This document shows positions 34,373 to 47,800 of a stretch of 64,000 nt of DNA, in pieces. Source of the DNA: Oculina patagonica. Lineage: Eukaryota. Location: contig NC_135763.1 in assembly GCF_052425735.1 (NCBI RefSeq), positions 25,482,001 to 25,546,000 on the forward strand, read 5' to 3'. How positions within the stretch are numbered: the first letter of the stretch is position 1; every line of letters starts with the position of its first letter. Under the pieces are notes generated by a model that saw nothing but the letters and a program-made list of their open reading frames with translations, was not told the DNA's origin and did not search any database. A program made the position numbers and the translations under genes.

Positions 34373-37300
34373 ATAAGAATAACTTATGATTATGAGTCAA
34401 TTAATAACTGCACAGATATCAATTGTGTTTGAAGATAAATTGATTTACGTGTATTTTGAGGATGTTTCTTTGAGAGAATTTCAAATGTTGTGTTGCCTAA
34501 TTAATTAATTCCTCTTTGCCTTTTATCATATTGCTTTGTTATGACAACGTTATTGCAATTAGGTGTATATTCAAGTGAATCTTTAAGTATACGCAATAAA
34601 GGCGAATTCAGACTGTACAAGGAGTTGCATTCTACACTTATAACTGGCGAAAATAAACTGATAGTAACCGAAAATGTTGTGACCTAGTCCTATAGGACCC
34701 TATAGGTGGTTTAGTCTTTCACCTCGGAAGAACCCCTTACTCTTACTTCAGCCTATATGTACATATAAAATCTTTTTGAAAGCTAGCATGCAACACTGTA
34801 ATCGACTTTTAATCTGACGAGACTGTTGATCCTGACTCCAGTCGGCTCGCTTTCTTTTCCTTTTTCCATTTTTTCTCAATGACCTGGCCCTAGTTGTGGT
34901 ATGTACGTAAAATTTTACGATCTGCCAGTTATAATCAAATAAACCTACGTCATTTACGACACACTGAAAATCCAAACGCTTGTTTTAAATAACTAAGTAC
35001 ATTCATCTTGACCTCGGCAATAAATAAACTAGTAATAAATACTTGTCGCAGGTCTGAAAAAAATTAGAAACGTAGCTTTCGGCCGTATCGCGCGGTCTTC
35101 ATTAGCGAAGTCAACAAATATAAATATTTTAATTTGCTTGATTTTCAATTCAAAAAAGGTTGAATATTGTTGAATATTACTCAAGTTATTAATGTTGATA
35201 ATATTGATAAAAAGCTGTTAAAAGGTGTACTGAACGGTTTCGATCTATAAAATCACCATCAAGCCGTCAAGTCTGCAAATGAAAACGAGTCAAGTAACAT
35301 TGAAAATGGTTAACAAAAACCAATTCCCATAGGACACAATATGAGTTGGCATACTGCGACTTGTTTTAAAGTTCGGAAAGTCCAGCAATATGATGAAATG
35401 ATTGTGCACTTTGGCCAAACTTGGTACAGTGATGATGTTCGATGAGCTGACCAATTTCAGATATAAGCCCATCCATCCATCTATCAAATTATCATTTTGG
35501 TAGTCATGGTCGCATTAACAGGTGGCAAAAATTCATAATGATCTCAAAAGCTGTGTTAACAGAACAGAATGTTAATCAATTTGTATTTCTACGTTTTCAT
35601 GATTTGTGCGTTCGGTTCTCAGCGTTCGCGTTGTTGGCTACCAACGACAGGAGAGTTCCGGCGACGTCGGAGGTCGATGAATCTACGCCAGCTTTACAAC
35701 AAGCAATCAGAACGCACAGGTCAGGACTCGTAGTGGCCAGTAGCGAATCAAGGTATCTCTGTCATCAGATAAATATCGGTGGGTAATTAAGTCAGAGTTC
35801 TTTTCATGATTACAAATATCAATGTTCTCAAGTAACCGAGTATTTTAACACTATATGTATTTAGCAGTAAGACATATTTATATTTATTACATATAATGAT
35901 CACGAACAGTGGGAGAATTAGGATTACCTCAAAACGCTTTATAGAACGGCATGGTCCCACCGGAAAATTCTCGCACAAAAGACTATACCTCGGCCACTTT
36001 AATGGGTGGAACCAGTTGGTGGTGGAAATTGACCGTTCCATTTTAAAAACGGTTCTTGCTTCAGATTAACGACTTATTTGCTAGTTTTATCTTAAATGTG
36101 TATTTGTAGATCTAAAACAAGTCAGTGCTGATAATTTATTTACACGTCGACGTTTTAATTTGAAAACGTGAAGTAGGTTTCTAGGCTGCGAAAGTATCTC
36201 AAAAGTATTTTAATAGTTTTCAACTAATTAAATTATTTTATCATAATACTAAAAATGACATTTTGCTTCTTTTTCAATCTGTTATCAGTTTGGTCATACA
36301 GAGTATTTAGAATTGTAAGGAGCTGATAAAATGAGTGCGCGACCACGGATAAAAGCTTACCAATACGTACGTGACGAACCCATTCAATTCCAACTCAGTG
36401 CAGAATTCTCCGGCGATAAAGGGAGACCAAGCTCAAGGGCCGTACTGGCAGAATAACGGCCTTAGTTCGTAAATAGAGGATAATACATTGCTGCGCGGAG
36501 ATATGAAATTTATCTTCGAGTGTTCAAATCGATAGCTCACGAGTGAGCGCTGCGAACGAGTGAGATATCGGTTTTGAACACGAGAAGATAAATTTCATAT
36601 ATCCAAGCAACCATGTATTATTCTGTTTATTACATGTCTGATACCATTTTTATCAATTTGCTACCAGTCGCTATACTATACCACTGCAGTTTATATAATA
36701 AAAAACTATTCTAGTAGTACGGCAGCACCCAAAGTAATCACTCTGGCCAATTAATCACAAAGGACACAGACAATCCAGTGAACCAATCAAAATTTGGAGT
36801 AAATACATCAGTAGCCGGCGCGGAGCGTGGAAAAACGTGTGCATGCGAGAGAGTTACGATTTTGTTTTGGTTTTACTTTTGGTTGGATGTAAAACTGTCG
36901 TGAGATTTTTAAACCAATCACTAAGCGTACTAATGCAAAACCAAAGCAAACGCGCATAACTTTTGTCACTCAAGTGAATATCGCTCTAAGGGAAAAGTTA
37001 AGACTTATAATTAATGATTCAAAACACTGGATCGACAATAAAGTATTCTGGTTAGCTGAGTTTAATTATAGGACTTCTCAGATGTCTGGAAAACGGACAA
37101 AGCGTGTACGATATCGTCTTTCCTTGATAAAAGGAAAGCTTTTCACATATTACATGTATACCAAGTAATCAATTGCTAAGCTAACCACCTTTTGGCATCT
37201 TGAAAACGATGGTTTTTCATACAACTAGCTGAAAAACTAAGCTGACTACCAGACACCTTTCGTCTTATTGATCTTACGATAATAAAGATTTTTAGATTCT

Positions 37301-37634
37301 AGTTCAAGAAAGTGCCCGAGGCGACTTTTCTTCGCTGATATTTTCAACGCCTTTTTGACTTTACCTCGCCCCCAATAACTGCCACTGGTTGTGACATTTT
37401 TGTGACTGTCTTTCAGTTTTTTTTTTGCGCTGAAATAGCAAAGCACGCGAGGTTTAAAAAAATATAATACAAATGATTATACCCACACGAGGCTCAGACA
37501 ACATCAGCTTGATCGGAGAGAAATAGAGGCAATATGACGAATTTTTCGTTTCAAACAAGGGTTTTAGGAACACCGGCTGTTTTGGAAAGTGTTTTAGGTA
37601 AACCGTCCGCCAATCCGGCTTGTTTGTCTGAGTC

Positions 37635-37721
37635 TATTCTCGACCCCAGAGCTCTTCTCTTTTGCGCATGACTGACGCCGTCAGTCACGTGCAAAAGACA
37701 AGAGCTCTGGGGTCGAGAATG
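37635..37721. mobile_element. Tiny palindromic MITE upstream of the GT10 gene
   Basis: attctcgaccccagagctctt...aagagctctggggtcgagaatg hairpin; imperfect 9-bp TSD gtctgagtc/gactgagtc. Confidence 0.7.
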
Positions 37722-38325
37722 GACTGAGTCTTGTCTGAGTCATGACATCACTTGCACACTTCGCTATTAGTCATACATTCTCGTCGTTTTTTTTTTGTTT
37801 GGCTTGGCTGGTGTATTTTTGCATATTTTCTGTGCAAGTTAGTTTTTTGGTGTCGCGTTATGTAATTGCTTTTTGTTATTTTCGTAACTTTATTAGCCCT
37901 ATTGTTGTCTTAAAAATCCGTATAAAAATTCGTACGTTTGGTTTTCACTGATATACGATTAGTTTTTGTATTCCGGAATAGCCGTAAGGATCTTGTAGGT
38001 ATTTATGTTATCTTCGTATTTTTCGCTGATTTCTTGTTCGATTGTTGTACATTTAGTTTGGTTTAGTTTTTTAAGGTCGTTGGTTTATTCTGTGTTTCCC
38101 TTATGTTTGTTTGTGTGTTCAAGTGAATCGCAAAGTAATGTATCGGCGAATTCACAACTGTACAAGGAGTGTTTTCTACAATGAGTATTGGTGACTCTTA
38201 GAAATTTATAAAAAAAGGTTCAATAAACTGTATACAGAGATTTTTCACTCCGACTTCGCAATGTGATGTGACTTATACGAACTATTGTTTAACAGGTACA
38301 ACAGAAGACTCCCGAGACGATAGCG

Positions 38326-39489
38326 ATGGCAGTAGATTTGTTTGTGTTAAAATATCTACCAGGCGTGTTATTCCTGGTAGTGCTATTATGGCAACTTGAG
38401 GTGAACTACGTTTCAGATAAAAATAGTTTATTTACGAAACCTGCCATAAAGAAGGTACAAACAGCACAGAGAGCAAATGCTGACCATAACAAACATTTAG
38501 GGAACCACGCAACAAAGACTTGGCTTATTGTTTACTGGTCAACGTTTTTTGGAAGACGACTAGATCTACATGAAAAATGGACAAATGGCAAATGCCCAGT
38601 ACCATGCGAGATAACCAGTGATATATCCCGAGCAAAAGAGGCTGATGGCTTCGTTGTCCATGCTAGGGATCCAAGTCCGTTTCCTCCTGAAGATTCTAAG
38701 CCATGGATTCTGCAAATACAGGAAAATCCCGTTTATACACCAATATTGAAAGATGCTGCGTTCATGTCCAAATTCAGCTTATTAAAAAGCTATCGCTTGG
38801 ATTCGGACTTCCCTAATCCTTCAGTTATGTTGCCTAAGTTAACACCACCGATCCCCTTTAAGCATGAAACTGGGCTCATAATGGTAGCGCTGTCAAATTG
38901 TGAGAGGGTGCGGACGGAATATATGAGGCAGTTGATGAAATTTGTACAGGTCGATTCTTACGGAGCCTGTCTTAGGAACAAAAGAGGTCTAGTTCAAAGG
39001 TATGGTAAAGATAAAGGCAAAGATTTCAGGCAAGTCAAATCTGAACTTGCCAGACAATACAAATTTACATTGGTGTTTTTTAACCAAGACTGTGATTATT
39101 TTGTTGATGCTCAACTACACCATGCATGGAATGCTGGCTCAGTTCCGGTAGTCATGGCAACAGACAAACTTGATGAGTTCCTGCCTGGACCATATCTTAA
39201 TCATTCAGTCATAAACGTCCGGGATTTTTCAACTCCACAGCATCTCGCCGAATACCTGAAATATCTTAGTAATAATGAAAATGAGTACAATAAATATCTA
39301 GAATGGAAGTGGAAAGGATTTGGGAATATAACTGGAACTGTTATTGGAGATTATTGGAAGCCAAAGTATCCACTGTGGTGCCAGGTCTGTGTGGCACTTT
39401 CAGAGGGGCGGGTGCACAATAATGGTCTTAAACCAATAACATGTAATCCAAGGCGTTTTGAAGACTGGGGAATAACAAAAGGGGCCTAG
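38326..39489 (+). CDS. GT10-family (alpha-1,3-fucosyltransferase-like) glycosyltransferase, single coding exon, 387 aa, atypical donor motif
   Basis: Type II N-terminal TM; CPVPCEIT, QENP, SYRLDSDFP, SNC...R..YM, VDSYGAC, YKFTLVFFNQDCDYFVDAQL, GSVPVV, LAEYLKYL...EYNKYLEWK. Confidence 0.9.
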   Translation: MAVDLFVLKYLPGVLFLVVLLWQLEVNYVSDKNSLFTKPAIKKVQTAQRANADHNKHLGNHATKTWLIVYWSTFFGRRLDLHEKWTNGKCPVPCEITSDISRAKEADGFVVHARDPSPFPPEDSKPWILQIQENPVYTPILKDAAFMSKFSLLKSYRLDSDFPNPSVMLPKLTPPIPFKHETGLIMVALSNCERVRTEYMRQLMKFVQVDSYGACLRNKRGLVQRYGKDKGKDFRQVKSELARQYKFTLVFFNQDCDYFVDAQLHHAWNAGSVPVVMATDKLDEFLPGPYLNHSVINVRDFSTPQHLAEYLKYLSNNENEYNKYLEWKWKGFGNITGTVIGDYWKPKYPLWCQVCVALSEGRVHNNGLKPITCNPRRFEDWGITKGA

Positions 39490-39820
39490 CGAGCTTTTAA
39501 GCTTTAGAAGTATGGAAAGGAAAACTTGCAGGACCTTACCAAACTAAGGAAGCGAGCTGGGAACAAGTGCTAGTTTTCGTAAATCCTTACACTGTAGGAA
39601 ACCATACAACGAAAAATAAAACCCAATATTTCTAATTCTTGTTCCTGCTCTCTTTTTGTAGAGATGTTCGTACCAGTAAAGTAAAGTAAAGTAAAACTTT
39701 ATTTACACAGGGTGGCCCATTCAGTTCTAAGGCTGGTCTCCATAGAGGCCCTGTATCTTAAAAAATGCAGATGTCATTTAAATGCATGGCTAGTACAACG
39801 GCAAAAGGACACTTTTAATG

Positions 39821-39861
39821 AGCCAATATTTCGACTAGTACTACTAGTCTTCTTCAGGGCT
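39821..39861 (-). ncRNA. Minimal type I hammerhead ribozyme motif (Penelope-associated)
   Basis: Minus strand reads AGCC-CUGAAGA-A-GACUAGU-AGU-ACUAGUC-GAAA-UAUU-GGCU: intact core, 7-bp stem II, 4-bp stem I, palindromic minimal stem III. Confidence 0.65.
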
Positions 39862-40359
39862 AGTGTTATTATGAAAGATAAAACAGTCTAAACTTAAAAA
39901 TTACAACACAAACAAAGTTGAAAGTTAACTAGTGTACATCGCAAAAATGTTTGTAACAGGAAAAGCGAAGAATATAAAAGATGCAATTAAAAGGTCTGAA
40001 AAGTGTCAAGCTGTGTCATGTAAAAAACAATTTGGTAATGTTTGAGATTTGATTCAATTATTCAATCTACATGTATATTTATTCATTCTTTGGAAAGCTT
40101 TATCAGCTCGGAAATTCCTTTAATCTTCGAATATCTTCTATCACCGATGCAGCAAAATATAACGGCACGGGTTTTTTCCATCTGTGTTTGCAATTGATAC
40201 TTGCAATCAGCGTTTTTCGCTCTCCCCTACAAATTAAACCGAGAGCCTGGAACAGGCTAAGGACGAATACGGCTGATAAAACCATATCCTTTGGTGCAGC
40301 ATAAACCTTAACCTGCGAACACAGCCGCCTCTCATCGCTCCCGCTACTACGTGCAGGGC

Positions 40360-41149
40360 CATAGGTGTACGAGGGGGGAGGGGGCTGCAGCCCCCCCATT
40401 TCCAATTTTTTTTTGGGCAAAATGCTTAGAATTCGGGCAACAAGCCTAGAGAAAAATAGAAAATAAGCCGAAAAGTCTAAACAACATTTCGTTCAAACGA
40501 ATTACATCAACAGCAAAAGTATTGGAAATATGCTAAACCAATTGAAAAGTCCAAAAAAAAAATTTCTCATTCATCTGCTTTCGTTTCCTCCCGCAAATTG
40601 CTATAATCATGTTCGATTTTTCTCACAAATTCTGCGTGATTCCTCAGTTTGATTCAGTTGCAATCAGCTTTTCCAAAGCTTGAGCGTTTGCGCACGATGG
40701 ATTTAGTGGAAGACTTTGAAACAACGCTGTTATAAATGTGATGAAGCTAATGCTTTCGACTCAAATCAGTAAGTTCTCAGGGCTAGCTTAAAACTTTCAA
40801 CGAAATGTTTTAAAACCAATTGTTTTACATGCTTTTGTATTTTTTTTTTAAATTTGGCCGGTGAAAACAATGTGAATTGGCTCCCCAAAACTAATTTAAG
40901 TTTTTGCCAAACAATAGTGAATAAATAAAATATTTTCGAAAAAGGATTCAGTGCATTGAAACCTTCGGACAACGCCACGAAATTTATTAAAGAACTAAAG
41001 CAAGCAGGCGAAGTTTGTACACAGCTGTTTCAATGCACGTTTTATTTTCCATTTTATATGCTTTTTTATTCGGCTTTCAACCTGTGCGAATTTTTTTTTT
41101 CGGGCAAAAAGGTCTCCCCCCCAGGACCGAAGGTGCCCGTACTCCTATG
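40360..41149. mobile_element. hAT-like MITE
   Basis: CATAGGTGTACG...CGTACTCCTATG termini and a gggggctgcagccccc subterminal motif; no TSD recognisable. Confidence 0.55.
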
Positions 41150-41857
41150 TCAAAACGTGCGAAACGCAAAGACAGAGCTTGTTGTCGAAATCGACGGCAG
41201 AAAGTCGAAGCACTCTGACCACTGCATAGCCTGTTCCAGGCTCTCGGTAGTTGGAGAAAGCAAAAACGCGGGCGAGCGAGGCAAAAACGAGGGGGTACGA
41301 AGGCGAGCGAAGGAAAGAGATATACCCTTCCTTCCTTCGCTCTCCTTCGTTCTGACTCATTTTTTTCCTGGCTCATCCGCGTTATTCGCTCTCCCATAAC
41401 TACCAAGAGCCTGTTCCAAATTACCAAGGGAAAAGCCCTGGGAACGAGGTTGTGCTTCCTCCCTTCCGTCCACACCCCTCCAATTATTATTCGCCGAATA
41501 GTATCTTGAAATAACCTTCCTCCTTCTTTGTTTTTATTTTTTTTTTAACTCCTTGCTCTTCCCGCTACTAAACAGGCTAGATTTTGGCCTGTGGCCGGGC
41601 TGTGGCCAATGGTGAACGCAAGTCTGGGTATCCTGTGCCCACAGCAACCTGAGCCAGCTGACCTCAATTACAGAGGATGTACCCAACTGAGATTTTGCAC
41701 GTCATTTACAATACATTGAAACTCAACAACACCTGTAATCTGCCGCCACGTTTCTTCTTGGGATATAATTTGCTTACTTCACGATTTAAAAAGGTTCCGG
41801 AACATTATGAACAGACAGTATTACTCAACTCCTAATACTGAGTAAGATATTTCAAAT

Positions 41858-44800
41858 ATGATAACAAGATCGCGAGCCGCAGAGGCAGCAACGAAAAGAA
41901 CAACATCTGCCATTCGTAACGAGGAGGAAGAGAGAAATGATTTTCATATTACAACGGTGAACGGTGTAGAGAAACAAGGAGAAAAAGACAAGGTTATGGA
42001 GAAAAGCAGTCAACAAACGAGTACAGGATGTATAAAGCGAGACAGAGGCAGCATAGCCCTGCTTGTGTTTCTTTACATTCTTCAAGGAATCCCTTTGGGG
42101 CTGGCCGGCGCTATGCCAATGTTGTTACAAACAAGAAAGGTTGCTTATAAGGACCAAGCAACGTTCAGCCTGGTGTTTTGGCCTTTTAGCATGAAGCTGT
42201 TGTGGGCGCCTATTGTTGACACTGCTTATTTCTCGCGATTTGGTCGAAGGAAGTCTTGGCTTGTACCAGTTCAATACCTACTTGGGATTTTTATGCTTGT
42301 TCTTTCAAGGGTAAGTTATACCACATTGTAAAATATAATTTTTCAGGCCCGTAGGCTGGGGGGGTTCGGGGGGTTCGGACGAACCCCCCCACCGCCTGAA
42401 AAGGTCCGGTCTGAATGGTGTAGCATTAATGTACCGGTCTGAATGGTACAGCATTAAAGGTCCGGTCTGAATGGTACAGCATACATATGGCCTACGCGCA
42501 TAATAAAATAAAAATAAAAACATACTGACGTTATTTGTATTGATTTTCAACAATATCGACTAATTTTCAAACGTTTCTCGTGTATTCCCCTCTTTTTTTG
42601 GTTTTCAGACTGGAACCATTAGCAAAGTGTGACTCAAGTTATAACACAGGTAACCAAAGCGTACTATGAGAGTTTGTATGGATGTACTAAGAAGGCTTGT
42701 ATGGATTTGAAATAAAGTTGAGAAAAATATCCCTTTTTACCGGTGAAAAGTTATGAAACTTTAAACCTTACCTGGTGTCACGATTTTGTATTTCTAGTGC
42801 TTTAGAAAGTCGTACGCGCGATTTTCGTCTTAACCGTCTGTTGCGTACTAAAAGAAAGACAAGGTAGGAAAGCAAATTCGAAAGGCGAACGCAGGCCTCT
42901 TCGAAAAACTCGCTAAAAGTACCTCAAAACCAGACCTACCTCGATCTTTTCCCTTCACGATCCAAGAGCGATAATTATTCCATCTTTCTATGTAATTGAA
43001 TTGCATTCAAGTTGAAGTTTGGAGCCAAGAACTTCATTTGAATTCACAACTTCGGCACAAATCGGGCGCCATTAGGGCCGTGAAATTCAAATGCGAGCAC
43101 CTAGCTAACGGTCGAGCCTAGGGCGAGTACAAAATCCACCCCATCCGGGGGAGACAGAGGAGACCTCTTGTAAGCACCATCTCATGCTCACTACAGCCAC
43201 TATAAGTTAATTTTTGTAACGTTCGGAACGGTGCACAGATTTGAATGTTGATTGAATGGGTTGCTGACGTTTGGGTTTACCCGCCGTTACAAAAATAACT
43301 TATAGTGGTTGTAGTGAGCATGAGATGGTGCTTACAAGAGGTCTCCTCTGTCTCCCCCGGATGGGGTGGATTTTGTACTCGCCCTAGGCTCGACCGTTAG
43401 CTAGGTGCTCGCATTTGAATTTCACGGCCCTAATGGCGCCCGATTTGTGCCGAAGTTGTGAATTCAAATGAAGTTCTTGGCTCCAAACTTCAACTTGAAT
43501 GCAATTCAATTACATAGAAAGATGGAATAATTATCGCTCTTGGATCGTGAAGGGAAAAGATCGAGGTAGGTCTGGTTTTGAGGTACTTTTAGCGAGTTTT
43601 TCGAAGAGGCCTGCGTTCGCCTTTCGAATTTGCTTTCCTACCTTGTCTTTCTTTTAGTACGCAACAGACGGTTAAGACGAAAATCGCGCGTACGACTTTC
43701 TAAAGCACTAGAAATACAAAATCGTGACACCAGGTAAGGTTTAAAGTTTCATAACTTTTCACCGGTAAAAAGGGATATTTTTCTCAACTTTATTTCAAAT
43801 CCATACAAGCCTTCTTAGTACATCCATACAAACTCTCATAGTACGCTTTGGTTACCTGTGGTTATAACTGATGTTGATTTCACCGATTTGAATATGTCGC
43901 GGTCGTATAAATAAATTAAATATATCTGAAGCTAAGCTCTGAAGCCTAACGCAAACAATATAATTGACATCCAATTCCCCTGGACAGCGTGACATTGTGG
44001 AAAGTAGAGCAAAGAAGGAAATTAAAAGAAATGACTTTGAATCACGTCATGACGGTAGCGGGGTAAACAAAATTCTTATTTAAAAGCCATCAGGATAAGG
44101 CCAGCTGGCAAACGAATAAGTACATGAGATAGTGCGCTCTGAGTCCTTAAATTCTCGTTCTCACTGATTTTGGAGAGTTGTGGCTTCCTATCTTTAATTT
44201 CTTGCTGTTGCTTAAAATTTCTTTCTCTCTTTGTCTTAATATTTTTAAGTGAAAACCGTAATGAAGCCCAACAAATTTTGGCAAGTATTACGTCCTTTGA
44301 GTTCATTGTCGTGTTTATGGCAGTGTACCAATATTTGTCGCACCTGGCTGGAATCACGGTTAAGCTACAGAGAGCAGCTCTTGACATCGTGGAGGCCCAT
44401 GGCATGATCACAGAAGTTGCTAGTTTCTACCGAAAACAAAGGGAAGATTGTGACAAAACCTTTTCAGCTGTTTACACTCAAAGTGTTGCAATGGCAGAAA
44501 AGGTGGGCCTGCTGCCGAAATGCCTCGAATTACGTCGAGACAACAGCATCGTTCCAATACCGAGGCTCAAAATCCTAAAATTTATTTCCAACGAAACGTG
44601 GCAATTCCTCTCCTTGATCACATCATCATGTGCATCAATGAGCAGTTTTCACCTTCGGCGACCGTTGCCGCGTCACTGCTTGGTCTCGTACCAAGTGTTC
44701 TCTGTTCAAAGAATGTTAATCTTGAAGCAGCTGTTAACAAGTACAATGATGATCTCCCCTCCCCTGAAATGTTTGAAATGGAGCTTATGCGATGGAGAGG

Positions 44801-47800
44801 TCGATACCTGGCGATGGAACCGGAATTAAGGCCAGCTTCACCTGCAGTGGCAATCAAAGATTGTGATGATGACCTCTTTCCAAACATCAGCATTCTTCTA
44901 AAAATTGCCTGCACCATACCAGTAACATCATGCGAATGTGGACGAAGTGCAAGCACGTTGCGACGACTGAATAACTACATGCGAGCGTCAATGGGAAAAG
45001 AAAGGTTGTCCAACCTTGCGCTTCTGCACATTCACTACGATACCCCCGTGGAGCTAGACACGGTAGTCAGCTGTTACGCCCACCTTCACCCCCGTCGACT
45101 ACAACTGGAAAATCTTCTTCAGTAACGGTATTTTTTTTTTAAATTCGTGGGACACTGGTAACTAATGGTCCGTTCTAAAAGAAAACGAACCTACCCGGGC
45201 AAAAACCAGCCTACGGGCCTGTTTTATTATGTGACTTACAACCTTTAAAGCTAAGCTTAATGTGGTCTTCAGTTTTAAGGATTTGTATTTAGGGTTATGG
45301 CCGGAAGTAAGGTTTTGCTCTTGTATTTAAAACAAATGATAGATTGAAAATGTGCATGCTGTCTTTCCAAAGGCTGGATTATTTAATATTTGAACAGAAC
45401 TGACCTTATTGATTTATTGATTTGTTTTTAAAATTTTCTATTTTCTATTTTCTTAATAACGATTGCAACCGGTATCTGGGAGGCCATGGGTTTGATTCCC
45501 ATCGGGGACTCAGATTTTTTGTTTGTCCCATGCGCGTGTAATTTTGAACACATCATCTTCATTATTTATCACTGAGCTTTAAATTCACCATTATTTTCGC
45601 TAGATTGAATTTTTAGCTGCCATCGATCACGGTTTTATATGATATCTACCAACTTTGAAAAAATGAAACAATCAAAATGGATCGGAATTGATTAATCGCA
45701 ACCCACAGTTTTCTGAGAGGTCCGTTAAGAGGATCGACGGCAGCAAAAAATGCAACTGTGAAATTGAGATTTAAATGAGAGGGTGTGCATGATTTTAAAA
45801 AGCACTGTAAGATTCTAAAGTGAACTTCAAATAGTACTGAATGACACTGCATTAAAGACTGTTAATTGTACATGTAAAGGTTGCCACAAAAGAGAAAACC
45901 ATAATATTGTCCAATAAAATTAATGTCACTTAACTTTGTTTCCCATTTTGTTTAGCTTATTGCCCCTTTTTTATAACGGTAAACATGGATTAGTAATCTT
46001 CCAACTGTACACTTCAGAACTTTAAGTAGCTGAATGTTTTATTTCTATTTTCCAGAACATCGAAGAATTGATGGGTGAGAAAAGCGAAGAAGGCCCAAGC
46101 ATAGTCTTTTTAACTGGGATCTTCTTCTGCCTGAATTTCCTTGCTGCAACTCAAGACATTGCGGTTGATGGCTGGGCGCTTACAATGTTGTCCAGGGACA
46201 ATGTCGGTTATGCCTCAACTTGCAACACTGTTGGTCAGACTGCTGGATTCTTCATGGGGAATGTTGTGTTCTTAGCCCTTAGTTCTGCCGACTTCAGTAA
46301 CAGATATCTAAGAACTGAGCCATTGCCAGACGGAGTAGTCACGTTTTCAGGATTTTTTTATTTCTGGGGAATTGTATTTTTAGTGAGCACTACATTAGTT
46401 GGACTGTTTAAGCGTGAAAAGTCTGAACAAGAACTTCATGGAGAGGAATCTGTTGAGGGAATTGTTGATGGGTACAAAACTTTGGTGAAAATCTTGCGCT
46501 GTCCGAGCATTCTAAGAGTCATAGTGATCTTACTCACATTTAAGGTAGGATTTTAAAACAACACTTGCTTTTCACATTTAAGTTTATAAGTTGACTAGTT
46601 TTACAATGTAATCAGGTCTACATGTTCATGTAGTTTTAAATGCATTTTGCTTAACCTTACATGTAATGTACATTGTATTCTTTCCCATTCCAAAGCTTTA
46701 CTAAGATATAATTTTTCTTAGATTTGTTATTACAATGTAAATTACATGTACATATACTCTGTAAAGGGGAAAGGGTTCTAAAAAATGCCAGCAAAACATT
46801 GATTCTGAGAGGCACAGTAGTTCACATGAAAAAAGTTACATGTAGGTCACTGGATTCAGGATGTGTTGGGCAATAAGGTGTGTCTCTCTAAATATGGAAA
46901 TTATCAGCATTTCCAAACCTACATGTACTGTAGAAATAAGGTTTGAGGGGCACTCTACAACGGACTAGCAGGCCACACAAACACAGTAGCAAAGAGATTC
47001 CAACCAAAAATGTGACTGATACAACAGTGTACTCAATAATCAATACATTGTAAACTTCTCCGAAAACCCTCCACACACTCATTGGACAGCTTGCCCTTGA
47101 GCTACATTGTACATGACTGAGACCTGTGAATGCCAGGTCATACATGTATATCTCAGTTTGGATGTGACTAATATCTTGCACACTGTACTTCATACAAGAT
47201 TACATGTACATAGAACTAGTTTTGTGTCGATATGTGTGTGAATGTACATTTATTCATGGAAAGATGTCATTATACGAAATGAGGCTCCATACAGTGATGT
47301 CATAAAAGGGATTGTATTAAGTTCATTTTGTTCATTCTCAGGTTGGTTTTTCAGCCGCTGACTCAGTGACTGGCCTCAAGCTGATTGAAGCTGGAGTTCC
47401 TAAAGAAAATCTTGCTCTTCTTGCTATACCTATGGTTCCAATCCAGATTCTTCTGCCGCTTTACATCAGCAGATACACTGCAGGTATGTACAGGAAGGCA
47501 TAGGGGCCCACATGCAATGGTTAGTGCTCTGGGCCCTTGATTGAGTGCTTTGAGCGCAGGCTACTGCATTATGTTCTTAAGCAAGACCGTTTACTCGTCT
47601 TCCACCCAGGTGTATACATTGTAAATGGGTACCAGTACATGTACATGTACATGTGATAAACTGTAACAGTAAGATGCACCCATTGTAATTGACAGTGAAT
47701 GAAGTTGTTGACACTTCTTTATTCATTTACATGTGCCATAGATTACATTTCTGTGCAGTACGTAAAACCTCTCCATATGGACACCTCTCAGTCTCTAATA

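Larger units (their letters stand above)
42344..45221 (+). mobile_element. hAT DNA transposon, internally deleted, in SLC33A1-B intron 1
   Basis: TIR CAGGCCCGTAGGCTGG...CCAGCCTACGGGCCTG; ccggtctgaatggt subterminal repeats; no clean 8-bp TSD. Confidence 0.8.
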
